Source of the DNA: an uncultured Gemmatimonadaceae bacterium
Lineage (GTDB): Bacteria > Gemmatimonadota > Gemmatimonadetes > Gemmatimonadales > Gemmatimonadaceae
DNA length: 64,000 nt
Reading direction: 5' to 3'
Assembly (NCBI GenBank): GCA_963751275.1
Contig: CAVVTZ010000009.1
Span: forward strand, 640,001 to 704,000
Shown: positions 23,810-33,902 of the stretch, piece after piece
Position numbering within the stretch: the first letter of the stretch is position 1
How the letters are laid out: every line of letters begins with the position of its first letter
Program-made: the position numbers and the translations under genes
Notes under the pieces: model-generated
The model's database searches: none
What the model was told of the DNA's origin: nothing
The model's input: the letters and a program-made list of their open reading frames with translations, nothing else

Positions 23810-24748
23810 TCACCGGAAGAGGGAACGGAGCGCATCGCCGGCGGTGAGCGTGCGGAGATAGCTCAACGACTGCGAATCGAACGGCGTCGGATCGATGTCG
23901 AATACCGGCTTGACCGCGTTGTCGGGAGTGACGTTGTCGTTCGCGAGGAGCGCGAGCAAGCCCGTGGTCACCGGCGGGTTCGGGAGCAGGCGCTGTGCGA
24001 CCGCCACGAGCGGCTTGAGCACCCCCACCGGCGCGCTCACGAGCGTGCGGTGCGCGCCCATGGCCGCGAGCACGCGCTGCGTGATCTCGCGCAGCGAGAG
24101 CGGCTCGGGACCGCCGAGTGCGAACGCCTGTCCCACCGTGCTCTCGCGCTCGAGCGAGATGGCGATGGCCTTCGCCACATCCCCCACCGCCACCGGCTGG
24201 AAGAGCGCGACGCCGCCGCCGGGCAGCGGATACACGACCGGCGAGAGCAGCACCAGCCGCGCGAGCACGTTCACGAATTCATCCTCGGGCCCGAAGATCA
24301 CGCTCGGCCGCAGTACGGTCCAGGCGCGGTCGCTCGCGCGCACGAGATCCTCGGCAATGCCTTTGCTGCGCAGGAAGCGGTGCGGCGATGAGCTCGACGC
24401 GCCGTTCTGCGACATGTGGACGAAGCGCGGCACGGCCGCGCCGCTCGCCGCGGAGAGCAGCGCGGCGGTTGCCTCGGTGTTCACGGCCTCGTACGACTGC
24501 TCCTTGGTCTCGATCGCGATCGCGGCGCAATGCACGATCGCGCTCGCGCCGCGCACCGCGGCTGCGACCGCCGTGGCGTCGCGCAGATCGCCCACCGCGA
24601 TCTCCACCGCCGCGCCGCCCAGCCGCGCGCGCGCCTTCGTTTCGTTCCGCACCAGCGCGCGCACCGTCCAGCCGCGTGCCGAGAGCTCGCGGCAGGTGTG
24701 CGACCCCACGAGCCCCGCCGCGCCGGTGACGAGAACGGTGCCGCGCAC
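23810..24748 (-). CDS. NAD(P)-dependent atypical SDR (NDUFA9-like)
   Basis: VLVTGAAGLVG, RSKGIAE, VLRPSVIFGPEDEF, FQPVAVGDVA. Confidence 0.88.
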   Translation of the reverse strand: MRGTVLVTGAAGLVGSHTCRELSARGWTVRALVRNETKARARLGGAAVEIAVGDLRDATAVAAAVRGASAIVHCAAIAIETKEQSYEAVNTEATAALLSAASGAAVPRFVHMSQNGASSSSPHRFLRSKGIAEDLVRASDRAWTVLRPSVIFGPEDEFVNVLARLVLLSPVVYPLPGGGVALFQPVAVGDVAKAIAISLERESTVGQAFALGGPEPLSLREITQRVLAAMGAHRTLVSAPVGVLKPLVAVAQRLLPNPPVTTGLLALLANDNVTPDNAVKPVFDIDPTPFDSQSLSYLRTLTAGDALRSLFR

Positions 24749-24753
24749 TCAGG

Positions 24754-24933
24754 TCACGCGGCCGGCGGCGGCGAGTCGCCGCGCACGATCCGCCAGAAGA
24801 GCAGCGACACGGCGAGCGTCAGCAGCAGGTGGATCCAGCCCCAGCCCGGGCCGAAGAACGTGACGTACGCCCACACCACGAGCATGACCGCGGCCAGCGG
24901 GTACGCGAAGCGCAGGAGGATCTGCGTGACCAT
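24754..24933 (-). CDS. Small two-TM membrane protein
   Basis: 59 aa, hydrophobic, GWIHLLL motif, GGAG RBS. Confidence 0.6.
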   Translation of the reverse strand: MVTQILLRFAYPLAAVMLVVWAYVTFFGPGWGWIHLLLTLAVSLLFWRIVRGDSPPPAA

Positions 24934-25147
24934 GAGTGTTTTCTCCGATTGACGCCCCGTGCGCCATTCCCTACATTCGGCCAAGAACAGAATACGGGGC
25001 GAAGAGATTCCATTTTTGAGCCAACAAGTCTCTCGGGTGGGTTCGATAATCTATGCTGACGCCATGCCCCGTACGGGGAAGGCGGAAGGTGTGGTGAGGA
25101 CCTCATACATTCGACGGGGCTTCAAAAACCCTCTTCGTTCCACTCCT

Positions 25148-25175
25148 TCGGGCCCCGTCGCAAGGCGGGGCCCGA
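25148..25175. terminator. GC-rich hairpin with GCAA loop, probable terminator
   Basis: tcgggccccgtc-gcaa-ggcggggcccga, just past the antiporter stop. Confidence 0.6.
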
Positions 25176-25178
25176 TCG

Positions 25179-26420
25179 TCATCCGGCGGCCTTTCGCGGC
25201 CGCTTCCACAGCTCCCAGAGTATCCGCGGCGCCACCGGTTTGAGCCAGGGCCACGCAAGCACCGACCCCACCGCCCACGCTGCATAGACCCACATGATCG
25301 GCGTGCGCCAGTGCGGCACCAGGAATTGCGCCAGCCAAAGCACGAAGAGTCCGGTCGCGTCCCACCACTCGAACCGCATGTTCAGCACGAGCAGCACGGC
25401 CACCACGCTCTGCATGAGCGTGAGCAGGATCTCGTCGCGCTGCGGACCGTCGAAGGGGAGGCTCGCGGGCGTTCCGCGCGCGATGGAGAACGCGATCGGG
25501 ATCATCGCCGCGAGCACGGTCCACTGATTGATGTTGCTCGACATCATGTTCATCATCGCCATCGGCGCCTTCTTCGGGCGGCTCGCCCAATGGAACGCGC
25601 TCACCTTCTCGGGGAACTCGCTGATGAAGGGCGCCACCCACTGCACGAAGACGAACTGGCTGACGCCGAGCGTCGCCGCGAGCGCAAGCATCGATGCGAG
25701 GAACGGGTGCGCGGTGAAATAGATCATCGCGCCGCCCACGAGGAACAATCCCGCGATGGCGACGCCGCGCCAGCGGCCCGGCCGCGTGTACGCCCACCGC
25801 GACATCCATGGCGCATCGGCGAGTTTCTCTTCGTGCTGCGGCGGCATCCGCCACAGTACCGCGAGATAAGCGAAATACATCGCGATGAGCACCGCCGCGT
25901 CCACCGGTCCGAGCGAGCCCTTGTACCAGATCCACACGAAGTAGAGCAGCGGCGGCACGGTGCCGAGCACTTCAACCGCGTGCTCGTCGTCGAGATGGAT
26001 GGCGCCCAGTTTCTTCCCGCGGCGCCGCGAGTACACGGCGGCCACCGCGTAGATCATCGGCCAGCCGAGCCCCACGAGCAGGCGGATCGCCCCGGTGAAG
26101 TTCGCGATGGCGAGATGCGACGTGCAGCCGGCGGGCGGCATGGCGACGAAGCACGACGGTGCATCGTGGCCGGCGTGCCAGGCGATCACGGCCTCCACCG
26201 CGAATTCGGGGAGCGTCTGCAGCCAGGCGAGGATCGCGAGGGCGAGCCCCTGCGACATCATGAACTGCGCGGCCTCCGCGCCCCACGCCACGAGGAAGGC
26301 GCTGAGCAGCATCCCCGGGAAGGTCCACAGCGCCGACAGCGCGGAGGCGCCGGCGCTGGACGCGGCCGCGCTCGCTAGCTTGATTCTGAGGACGATCCCG
26401 GGCACGGCGCTCCGTCTCAT
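25179..26420 (-). CDS. CaCA family cation (Na+/Ca2+ or H+) exchanger
   Basis: About 11 TM segments; alpha-repeat motifs QTLPEFAV...ANFTGA and SEFPE...SSNINQWT. Confidence 0.82.
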   Translation of the reverse strand: MRRSAVPGIVLRIKLASAAASSAGASALSALWTFPGMLLSAFLVAWGAEAAQFMMSQGLALAILAWLQTLPEFAVEAVIAWHAGHDAPSCFVAMPPAGCTSHLAIANFTGAIRLLVGLGWPMIYAVAAVYSRRRGKKLGAIHLDDEHAVEVLGTVPPLLYFVWIWYKGSLGPVDAAVLIAMYFAYLAVLWRMPPQHEEKLADAPWMSRWAYTRPGRWRGVAIAGLFLVGGAMIYFTAHPFLASMLALAATLGVSQFVFVQWVAPFISEFPEKVSAFHWASRPKKAPMAMMNMMSSNINQWTVLAAMIPIAFSIARGTPASLPFDGPQRDEILLTLMQSVVAVLLVLNMRFEWWDATGLFVLWLAQFLVPHWRTPIMWVYAAWAVGSVLAWPWLKPVAPRILWELWKRPRKAAG

Positions 26421-26501
26421 GAGACAGGGTTCACGGCCCGCGGAAGGTACGCCGACGCGTGGAGCGCCTCAAGGCGCGCGCCGGCCAACGAGGGCACTGC
26501 C

Positions 26502-27188
26502 ATGACGCAATCCGCCGACGGAGCCGGCGCGCCGCAGCTGCGCCGCTCGAAGGAAGCCGACGACATCCACGAGACGCGCGCCGCCTGGGCGCACGACCTC
26601 GACCCCGCGCCCGAGCGGAATCCCGAGTTCGAGGGGATCGTGCATCGGATGCTCGAACTGGTCGGCGAGAATCCCGAGCGCGAGGGCTTGCTCAAGACCC
26701 CCGAGCGCGTCGCCAACTCGCTCACCTGGCTCACGCGCGGCTACGATCTGGACGTGAACGAAGTGGTGGGCGACGCCGTGTTCGAGGAGTCGCATCAGAG
26801 CATGGTGATGGTGCGCGACATCGAGCTGTACTCGCTGTGCGAGCATCACATGCTGCCCTTCTTCGGGAAGGCGCACGTCGCGTACATCCCCGACGGGCGC
26901 ATCGTGGGATTGTCGAAGCTGCCGCGCATCGTGGAAGTGTTCGCGCGCCGGCTGCAGGTGCAGGAGCGGCTCACGGAGCAGATCGCGCAGGCGGTGGAGG
27001 ACGTGTTGAATCCGCGCGGCGTGGGCGTGGTGATCGAGGCGTACCACCTGTGCATGATGATGCGCGGCGTGCAGAAGCAGAATTCGCAGACCGTGACGTC
27101 GGCGGTGCGCGGCCTCTTCCGGAGCGATCCGCGCACGCGCGAGGAGTTCCTGGCGCTGGCGCAGTCGCGGGCGTCGACATTCCGGTGA
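26502..27188 (+). CDS. folE: GTP cyclohydrolase I
   Basis: [48 protein letters not shown]. Confidence 0.97.
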   Translation: MTQSADGAGAPQLRRSKEADDIHETRAAWAHDLDPAPERNPEFEGIVHRMLELVGENPEREGLLKTPERVANSLTWLTRGYDLDVNEVVGDAVFEESHQSMVMVRDIELYSLCEHHMLPFFGKAHVAYIPDGRIVGLSKLPRIVEVFARRLQVQERLTEQIAQAVEDVLNPRGVGVVIEAYHLCMMMRGVQKQNSQTVTSAVRGLFRSDPRTREEFLALAQSRASTFR

Positions 27189-27904
27189 GCGCGGCGCTCG
27201 CGGGGCGAACGGTGGTCGTCACGGGCGCGTCGCGCGGGATCGGGCTCGCCACCGCGCGCGCGCTCGCCGCGGCCGGTGCGCGCGTGGCGCTGCTCGCGCG
27301 CAGCGCCGAGTCGATCGCGAAGATCGCCACGGAGTTGGGCGGCGGCGCGATCGCCGTCCCGTGCGACGTGACCGACGAGAGCGCCGTGGCGCGCGCCGCC
27401 GCGGCCGTGCGCGACGCGTTCGGCGACGCGCCGGAGATCCTCGTCAACAATGCGGGCATCTTCGCGCCCGCTTCGGTGGCGATCACGAGCATCGAGTCGT
27501 TCCGCGAGACGATCGCGGTGGATCTCATCGCGCCCTTCTTGTTGGTGCGTACCGTGCTCCCGCGGATGATCGAGCGCGGCAATGGGCACATCGTGACGAT
27601 CGGCTCCAACGCGGACCGCCACGCGTTCCCGGAGAATGGCTCGTATTCCGCCGCCCGCTACGGCGGGCGCGGGCTGCACGAGGTCATGCGCGCGGAATTG
27701 CGCGGCACCGGCGTGCGCGCGACGCTCGTCTCGCCGTCGTCGGTGGACACCACCATCTGGGACGGCGTGGACCCGCTGCGCCGGGCGCGATTCCCCGCGC
27801 GCGACGCGATGCTCGCGGCCGATGATGTCGCCGCGGCCGTGCTCTACGCCGTGTCGCAGCCGCCGCGCGTGAACATCGACGAACTGCGCCTCTCGCGCGC
27901 GTAA
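27185..27904 (+). CDS. SDR family oxidoreductase
   Basis: [21 protein letters not shown] (YxxxK variant); GTGA overlap with folE. Confidence 0.9.
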   Translation: MSAALAGRTVVVTGASRGIGLATARALAAAGARVALLARSAESIAKIATELGGGAIAVPCDVTDESAVARAAAAVRDAFGDAPEILVNNAGIFAPASVAITSIESFRETIAVDLIAPFLLVRTVLPRMIERGNGHIVTIGSNADRHAFPENGSYSAARYGGRGLHEVMRAELRGTGVRATLVSPSSVDTTIWDGVDPLRRARFPARDAMLAADDVAAAVLYAVSQPPRVNIDELRLSRA

Positions 27905-27911
27905 TGGCCCG

Positions 27912-28628
27912 GTGTTCTCCGAGCTGATCGAGTCGCTGCGCTGCGTGAACGCGCACGAACCCACCGGGCTCGTCGCGCTGTCCGACGAGACGGTGGAGCG
28001 CGACATCATCCGTGGCTCGCTCGGCTGCCCGCACTGCAAGGCGTCGTATCCGGTGGCCGGGGCGGTGGCCGACTTCCGGCTGGGCCGCGCGGGCGCGCCG
28101 CTCCCGCCGGCCAAGGCGCGCCCCGCGGATGATCTCGCGATGCGCGCGGGCGCGCTGCTCGGGCTGACCGAGCCGGGCGGCGTGGTGGTGCTCGCCGGCG
28201 CGTGGGCGGCGTGCGCGCCGGAGATCGCGGGGCTCGCCGAACCGGTGCGCGTGCTCGCGCTGGACGCGCCGCCCGGCATCGCAAGCGGCTCGGGCGTGTC
28301 GCTCGCGCGCACGGCGGGAGAGATCCCGCTGCGCGCCGGCACCGCGCGCGGCATCGCGCTGGACGCGGCGCACGCGACGGCGAGCTATCTGGAGAGCGCC
28401 GCCGACGCGGTGTCGTCGCGCGGGCGGCTCGTGGCGCCGGCATCGGCGCCGGTGCCGGCCGGCTTCACCGAACTCGCGCGCGATGCGCGCGACTGGGTGG
28501 CGGAGAAGCTGCCGGTAGAGACCGTCGTGCCGCTCGCGCGCGCGCCGCGCCGCGAGCGCGGCGCGGGCGGCGCCGCGGATCAGTCGCCGCCGGCGCCGTC
28601 GTACAGGGAGTCCACGAGCTCCTTGTAG
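27912..28628 (+). CDS. Hypothetical protein: Trm112-like N-terminus plus degenerate methyltransferase-like C-terminus
   Basis: LIESLRC...GSLGCPHCKASYPV...VADF; IPLRAG...GRLV pattern. Confidence 0.6.
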   Translation: MFSELIESLRCVNAHEPTGLVALSDETVERDIIRGSLGCPHCKASYPVAGAVADFRLGRAGAPLPPAKARPADDLAMRAGALLGLTEPGGVVVLAGAWAACAPEIAGLAEPVRVLALDAPPGIASGSGVSLARTAGEIPLRAGTARGIALDAAHATASYLESAADAVSSRGRLVAPASAPVPAGFTELARDARDWVAEKLPVETVVPLARAPRRERGAGGAADQSPPAPSYRESTSSL

Positions 28629-30427
28629 CGCTTGTCCACCACGCGCCGCTTCACCTTGAGCGTGGGCGTGAGCTCGCCGCTCTCGATGGTGAAATCGTTC
28701 TCCAGCAGGCCGAGTTTCTTCGGCTGCTCGAAATGCGCGAGGCCGTGCAGATTCTCGAGCACCTCTTTCTCCATTTTCGCTTTCACTGCCGGGTGGTGCA
28801 CCATCGCCGAGTGATCGGGGAAGGTGAGCCCCTGCGTGGCCGCCCATTTCTCGAGTTGGTCGAAGTTCGGCACGACGAGCATCACCGGGAACTTCCGCTT
28901 ATCGCCGATCATCACCGCCTGCAGGACGAACTTGTTGGTCTTCACCTGGTTCTCGATCGGCTGCGGCGCGATGTTCTTGCCGCCGGCGGTCACGATGATG
29001 TCCTTCTTCCGGTCGGTGATGCGCAGGTAGCCATTCTCGAGCACGCCGATGTCGCCGGTGTGGAACCAGCCCTCGGCGTCGATCGCTTCCTTCGTCGCGT
29101 CGGGATGGTTGTAGTAGCCCTTCATCACGTGCGGGCCGCGGGTGAGGATCTCCCCGTCGGCGGCGATCAGCACCTCGATGCCGGCGATCGGGTGCCCCAC
29201 CGTGCCGATGCGGTTGTACTCCGGGGTGTTCACCGCGATCACGGGCGACGTCTCGGTGAGGCCGTAGCCCTCGAGGATCAGCAGCCCCGCCGCGTAGAAG
29301 AAGCTGTTGATCTCGGGCGCGAGCGGCGCGCCGCCGCTCACGAAGTAGCGCAGCCGCCCGCCCACGCGCTCGCGCAGCTTGGAGAACACGAGCTTGTCGG
29401 CGATCTGGTACTGGAAGGCGAGGAAGCCCTTGGGCGCGCGCCCCGCCTGCATCTCCGCCGCCCACCGGTCGCCCACGCCGCGCGCCCAGAGGAAGATGTT
29501 CTTCTTGAGCGCGCCGCCGGCCAGCGCCTTCTCGAGCACCGCGGCGTAGATCTTCTCGTAGATGCGCGGCACCGATACCACGATCGTCGGCTTGATCTCG
29601 CCGATGTTCTCGAGGATCGTGTTGATCGACTCCACGTACGCGATCGACACGCCCACGTGGAACATCAGGAAGTCGAACATCCGCTCCAGGATGTGCGAGA
29701 GTGGCAGGAAGCTCAGCGACACATCGGTGCTGCGGAAGGGGATCACCGCCTGCACGGCCGTGACGTTCGACGTGATGTTGCCGTGCGAGAGCATCGCGCC
29801 CTTTGGCGCGCCGGTGGTGCCCGAGGTGTAGATGATCGTCGCGAGGTCGTCGGGCCGCACCGAGAGGGCGTCGGCACGGTACTGCGCGAGCGACGCCGCG
29901 CTCTCCGCCGCCGCGCCGCGCCCCTCCAGCGCCGCGAGCGACAGCTCGACGCCGGGCAGCCGCTCCTCCGCGAAGGAGATCACGTGCTGCAGCGCCGGCA
30001 GCTCCCCGCGCACTTCCGCGATCTTCGCCGCCTGCTCGGCGGTGGACACGAAGCACGCGACCGCGCCCGAGTCCTTCAGGATGTACGCCATCTGTTCCGC
30101 CGGCAGCGTGGGGTAGAGCGGCACGTTCGTCACGCCGCTCGTGAGACACGCGTAGTCGGCGATCGCCCACTCGGGCCGGTTCTCGGAGAGCAGCCCCACC
30201 CGGGCGCCGCGCGTGATACCCAGCGTGCGCAGGCCGAGCGCCGCGCGCCGAACACGGTCCGCGATCAGGCGGTGCGAGTACGGCCGGAACACGCCGTTCA
30301 CCTTCGCCTGCAGCGCGTTGTCGCGGTCGTGCCGTTCCACCGCATCGAAGAAGAGTTGGTTCAGCGTGCCCGGCGCGGTGCGCATCGATCCGGTGATGGG
30401 GGCGGGGGCGGTCATGGGAGTCTCCAA
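28580..30427 (-). CDS. fadD: Long-chain fatty-acid--CoA ligase
   Basis: IIYTSGTTGAPKG, FLPLSH, EGYGLTETSP, WFHTGDIG, DRKKDIIVTAGGKN, ELTPTLKVKR. Confidence 0.92.
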   Translation of the reverse strand: METPMTAPAPITGSMRTAPGTLNQLFFDAVERHDRDNALQAKVNGVFRPYSHRLIADRVRRAALGLRTLGITRGARVGLLSENRPEWAIADYACLTSGVTNVPLYPTLPAEQMAYILKDSGAVACFVSTAEQAAKIAEVRGELPALQHVISFAEERLPGVELSLAALEGRGAAAESAASLAQYRADALSVRPDDLATIIYTSGTTGAPKGAMLSHGNITSNVTAVQAVIPFRSTDVSLSFLPLSHILERMFDFLMFHVGVSIAYVESINTILENIGEIKPTIVVSVPRIYEKIYAAVLEKALAGGALKKNIFLWARGVGDRWAAEMQAGRAPKGFLAFQYQIADKLVFSKLRERVGGRLRYFVSGGAPLAPEINSFFYAAGLLILEGYGLTETSPVIAVNTPEYNRIGTVGHPIAGIEVLIAADGEILTRGPHVMKGYYNHPDATKEAIDAEGWFHTGDIGVLENGYLRITDRKKDIIVTAGGKNIAPQPIENQVKTNKFVLQAVMIGDKRKFPVMLVVPNFDQLEKWAATQGLTFPDHSAMVHHPAVKAKMEKEVLENLHGLAHFEQPKKLGLLENDFTIESGELTPTLKVKRRVVDKRYKELVDSLYDGAGGD

Positions 30428-30449
30428 CGGCGGGTGCCGGCTCGGACGG

Positions 30450-31232
30450 TCAGTGGATGTGCAGGTTGATCGTGAAGTGCACCGGACTGCCCGGCACGGG
30501 GGTGTGGTCCTGTTCGTAGGCGAAGACGTTCACGCCCATCGTGTCGGTGAGCGTGTCGGCGAGCAGCGTGAGCTTCAGCTGCAGCGTCGAGAGTCCGCCG
30601 CCCACGGTGGTGTCGACCAGCTGCGGGACCAGTGCGCCATTCACGATCTGCGGTTGCGATGGGGTGAGGTTCGTGTTCGAGAGCGGATAGGTGATCACGT
30701 ACTGGAGCCGGTACGGCGAGATGCCGGTCGTGTCGATCCCCACGATGTGCGAGAGCACCGTCGGCAACGGCATCGTGGTGTCGCGGCCGTTCGCCTTGTT
30801 GTAATCGAGTGTGCGCACCGTGCTGTCAAGAGGATAAAAGCTGTCAGGATGCAGCACGACGGGGATCGTGACGGGCAGCGTCTGGATCCCGCCGATGAAG
30901 GCGAGCACCCGCGCGGAGCCGGTGTCGGTGGCGAACATCTTTCCGCTCACCGAGTCGACCGACGCGTTCTCGCGGCCGGTGAGCACGATGAACCGGATGG
31001 GCGCGCCGGGGATCGAATCGCCCTGGTTGTTGTACGCGGTCGCTTGCAGCGGCACGACGTTGCCCAGCGTGTCGTGGAGGGAATCGAACACCACCATCGA
31101 CGGCAGCTGCGGCGGTGTGAGCCCCAGCGAGAGCACGGCATTCGGGTCCGTGGGCACAGTGGTGCACGCGAGCGCGACCGTGAAGACCACGAGCGCGCCG
31201 CCGAGCGCGGCGCGGAGTGGCGGGCGCCTCAT
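30450..31232 (-). CDS. Hypothetical lipoprotein (Ig-like, beta-rich)
   Basis: MRRPPLRAALGGALVVFTVALAC lipobox; ATGA overlap with the ParA-family gene. Confidence 0.7.
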   Translation of the reverse strand: MRRPPLRAALGGALVVFTVALACTTVPTDPNAVLSLGLTPPQLPSMVVFDSLHDTLGNVVPLQATAYNNQGDSIPGAPIRFIVLTGRENASVDSVSGKMFATDTGSARVLAFIGGIQTLPVTIPVVLHPDSFYPLDSTVRTLDYNKANGRDTTMPLPTVLSHIVGIDTTGISPYRLQYVITYPLSNTNLTPSQPQIVNGALVPQLVDTTVGGGLSTLQLKLTLLADTLTDTMGVNVFAYEQDHTPVPGSPVHFTINLHIH

Positions 31233-31996
31233 GCGAGCCGCGAGGCGAGGAGCGTGGCGAGGTTCACGTAGGCCTGCGACGCCGGGTCGGCCGCGTCGCG
31301 CAGCACCACCGGCTGGCCGGCGGCGAACGCTTCCATGGCGCCCGCGCTCCGCGGAATGGTGATCTCGAGCACCATGTCCTTGGGCAGGTGGGCGCGGGCG
31401 TATTCCGCCACCTTCATGCTGATCGGATTCGCGGCATTGGTCATCGTCAGGACTATACCGTCGAATACCAGCTTTGGGTTCGCGGCGGCGATCGCCTGGA
31501 TGCCGCGCAGGATCTGCGGGGTGGTCTGGAGGGCGAGCGGCTCGCACTGGAGGGGCACGAGCACGTGCTGGCTCAGCTTGAGCACGCGGTGCGAGATCGG
31601 CCCGAGGCCGGGGGGCGTGTCCACCACCACGACATCGCAGCGCTCGCGCGCCAGCGCGATGACCTCGGCCAGCGACTGATCGCGTTCGACGTGCTCGTGG
31701 AAGCTCGTGTGGTCGGACTCGCCGGACACCGAGCCCGCGAGGATCACGCGCAGCCAGGGCAGGGCAGTGGGAAGGATGACGTCGCGCAGCGCCTTGGAGC
31801 CGTTGAGATAGTCCGAGATCCCGAAGGGCGCGTGCCCGCGGCGAAGGCCGACGCCGAAGCGCACCGCGCCCTGCGGGTCGGCATTGATGAGGAGCGTCTT
31901 GAGGCCGCGGCGCGCGAAGGCGGCGGAGAGATTCACCGCCGTGGTCGTCTTGCCGACGCCGCCCTTCTGACTGACGATCGCAAGGACAGGTCCCAC
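31229..31996 (-). CDS. ParA/Soj family ATPase (no ParB in the window)
   Basis: SQKGGVGKTTTAVNL, ADPQG, VVVDTPPG, VPLQCE, YVNLA. Confidence 0.92.
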   Translation of the reverse strand: MGPVLAIVSQKGGVGKTTTAVNLSAAFARRGLKTLLINADPQGAVRFGVGLRRGHAPFGISDYLNGSKALRDVILPTALPWLRVILAGSVSGESDHTSFHEHVERDQSLAEVIALARERCDVVVVDTPPGLGPISHRVLKLSQHVLVPLQCEPLALQTTPQILRGIQAIAAANPKLVFDGIVLTMTNAANPISMKVAEYARAHLPKDMVLEITIPRSAGAMEAFAAGQPVVLRDAADPASQAYVNLATLLASRLA

Positions 31997-31998
31997 GG

Positions 31999-32454
31999 CT
32001 ACTCGGGCTCGCGCAGATCGCCGACGCCGCCGCCGGCCTGGATCTTGTCGAGCGTGGCCTGCGCGTGCGCGATCCACTGCGCGGCCTCCTCGCCGCGCGG
32101 CGGATGCTCGAGGAACGCGCGCAAGTGCTGCTCGGCGCCCGGCGCGTCGCCGCGCTTGAGGAGCAGGAAGGCGAGGCCGTAGTGCGCGCCCGAGAGCTTC
32201 CCGTCGAGCTCGAGCGCGCGCCGGTAGCTGCGCAGCGCTTCGTCGTAGCGCCCCGTTTTCGTGCACGCGATCGCGAGATTGGTCACGATCTTGGGATCGT
32301 TCGGGAAGTCTCGCATCGCGAGACGGTACGACGTCAGGGCCGCGTCGTAGTTGCCCTGACGCTCGAGGGCGAGCGCCTCGCCGAGATAGTCGAGACGCGG
32401 CGGCCGCGTCGCGCGGCCGGAACCCAGCCCGAGAAGTCGGCGCCACCAGGACAT
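31999..32454 (-). CDS. Tetratricopeptide repeat protein
   Basis: Three TPR-like helical pairs (GNYDAAL..Y, NLAIA...GRYDEAL..Y, AHYGLA). Confidence 0.85.
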   Translation of the reverse strand: MSWWRRLLGLGSGRATRPPRLDYLGEALALERQGNYDAALTSYRLAMRDFPNDPKIVTNLAIACTKTGRYDEALRSYRRALELDGKLSGAHYGLAFLLLKRGDAPGAEQHLRAFLEHPPRGEEAAQWIAHAQATLDKIQAGGGVGDLREPE

Positions 32455-32656
32455 GCGATCGGGAGTCAGGAGGTCATTGGTGGTGGTCGTCGGTTGAGCG
32501 TGGACGCCGGCGCAACGTGCTCTCGCTGCGCAAAGTTACCGATTCACCGCGGGGGGAGCAACACGCTGTCGCCATCGCGGGCCCGGGCATAGCTTTCCCG
32601 TCCGGTCCGGGCGCGCAATGGTGGCGCGCCGCCGGGTCCTCGAGCAGGGAGATCCA

Positions 32657-33175
32657 ATGTCGCCACGGCGGAAGACGGTGGACCAGGCGCGCGGCGTCAT
32701 GGAAGTGGACTGGCCGCTCTTCGGCGAGCTGTCGCGCGCGCTCGCGCTGAAAGTGGCGCGCTCGTACGACCCCGAGATCGTGGTGGGCGTGGCGACGGCC
32801 GGCGTCGTGCCGGGCGCGGTGATCGCCGCGATCCTGGACCGCGAATTCCATTCGATCGTGGTGAGCCGGCGCATCCACAGCGCCGTGGTGCGCGACACGC
32901 CGGCGATCTTCGGCCAGGCGCCGCCGGAAGTGCGCGACCGCCGCGTGCTCGTGGTGGACGAGACCTGCGACAGCGGCGACACGCTGCGCCTCGCCGTGGC
33001 CGCGATCGTGAACGCCGGCGCGGCCGACGTGCGCACCGCGGTGGGGTTCCGCACCGGCAACTACGCGCCGGACTTCTCGGGGCTGGAGACGGAGTCGATG
33101 ATCATTCTCCCGTGGGACAGGGAGATCCTCGTGAATGGGGAGCTCGTCTTGAAGCCGGAATATCGAACGACCTAA
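32657..33175 (+). CDS. Phosphoribosyltransferase (type I)
   Basis: PRPP-binding motif VLVVDETCDSGDTL; VVGVATAG; IILPWD. Confidence 0.88.
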   Translation: MSPRRKTVDQARGVMEVDWPLFGELSRALALKVARSYDPEIVVGVATAGVVPGAVIAAILDREFHSIVVSRRIHSAVVRDTPAIFGQAPPEVRDRRVLVVDETCDSGDTLRLAVAAIVNAGAADVRTAVGFRTGNYAPDFSGLETESMIILPWDREILVNGELVLKPEYRTT

Positions 33176-33330
33176 CGGCAGGCTGGCGGCTGGCGGCTGT
33201 CCAATACAAATGCGAAGGGCTCCTCGGATCACGGGAGCCCTTCGCATTTGCGTTTGACAGCCGCCAGCCGACAGTCTGCCGTTAGGTCTGCAAACGACAG
33301 CCTCCAGCCGACAGCCTGCCGTTAGGTCGT
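33167..33330. terminator. Long hairpin / bidirectional terminator with a duplicated right arm between convergent genes
   Basis: Core caaatgcgaagggctcc...ggagcccttcgcatttg, extended by gacctaacggcaggctggcggctggcggctgtc, whose complement appears twice. Confidence 0.75.
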
Positions 33331-33891
33331 CACACCAGCTGCCCCGCCGCCTCCTCGTATCCTCGCCCCGCCTCCATCTCCGCAAAGATGAACCCCAGCA
33401 CCTCGCTGCTCCCCAGCAGGAAGCGGCAGCGCGGCGCGCCCATCGAGCGGCATTCGACTTCGAGCACGGCGAGTGGCGCGTCGGAGAGGCGGCCGAAGAA
33501 ATCGGCGAACATGCCGGTGGTGAAATGGCACGCGGGGTGGTCGAGCTTGCTCGCGGGATCGGCCTCGTGCCAGTCGGCGGAGTCCACCGCGACCACGGCG
33601 TCGTTCAGCGCGCTCACGGTGATCTTTCCCCAGCCCGTCGCCTGGAAGTACAGTGACGCGCGGTTCTGGAATTCGGCCATTCTCGAGTTCGTCGGGGCTC
33701 GCCTTGCCCTGCACGCGCAGCCACTGGCGGAACGACTCGAAGACGTTGTCGCCGCCGGCGTAGCCCGCTTCCTGCAGCCAGGACGCGGCGCCGGGTCCCG
33801 CTTCGCGCACGATGGCGGCGCGCAGGGCGGCGAGCGCGGAGCGGCTCACCGCGAGCATCTGGTGGTCGGTGAGGTCGATCGGTTGCATCAT
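33330..33891 (-). CDS. V4R domain protein (frameshift near 33682)
   Basis: GYAGG, GWGKI, ACHFTTG, EVECRSMGAPRCRF. Confidence 0.85.
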
Positions 33892-33902
33892 TGCTTTCCC
33901 CG

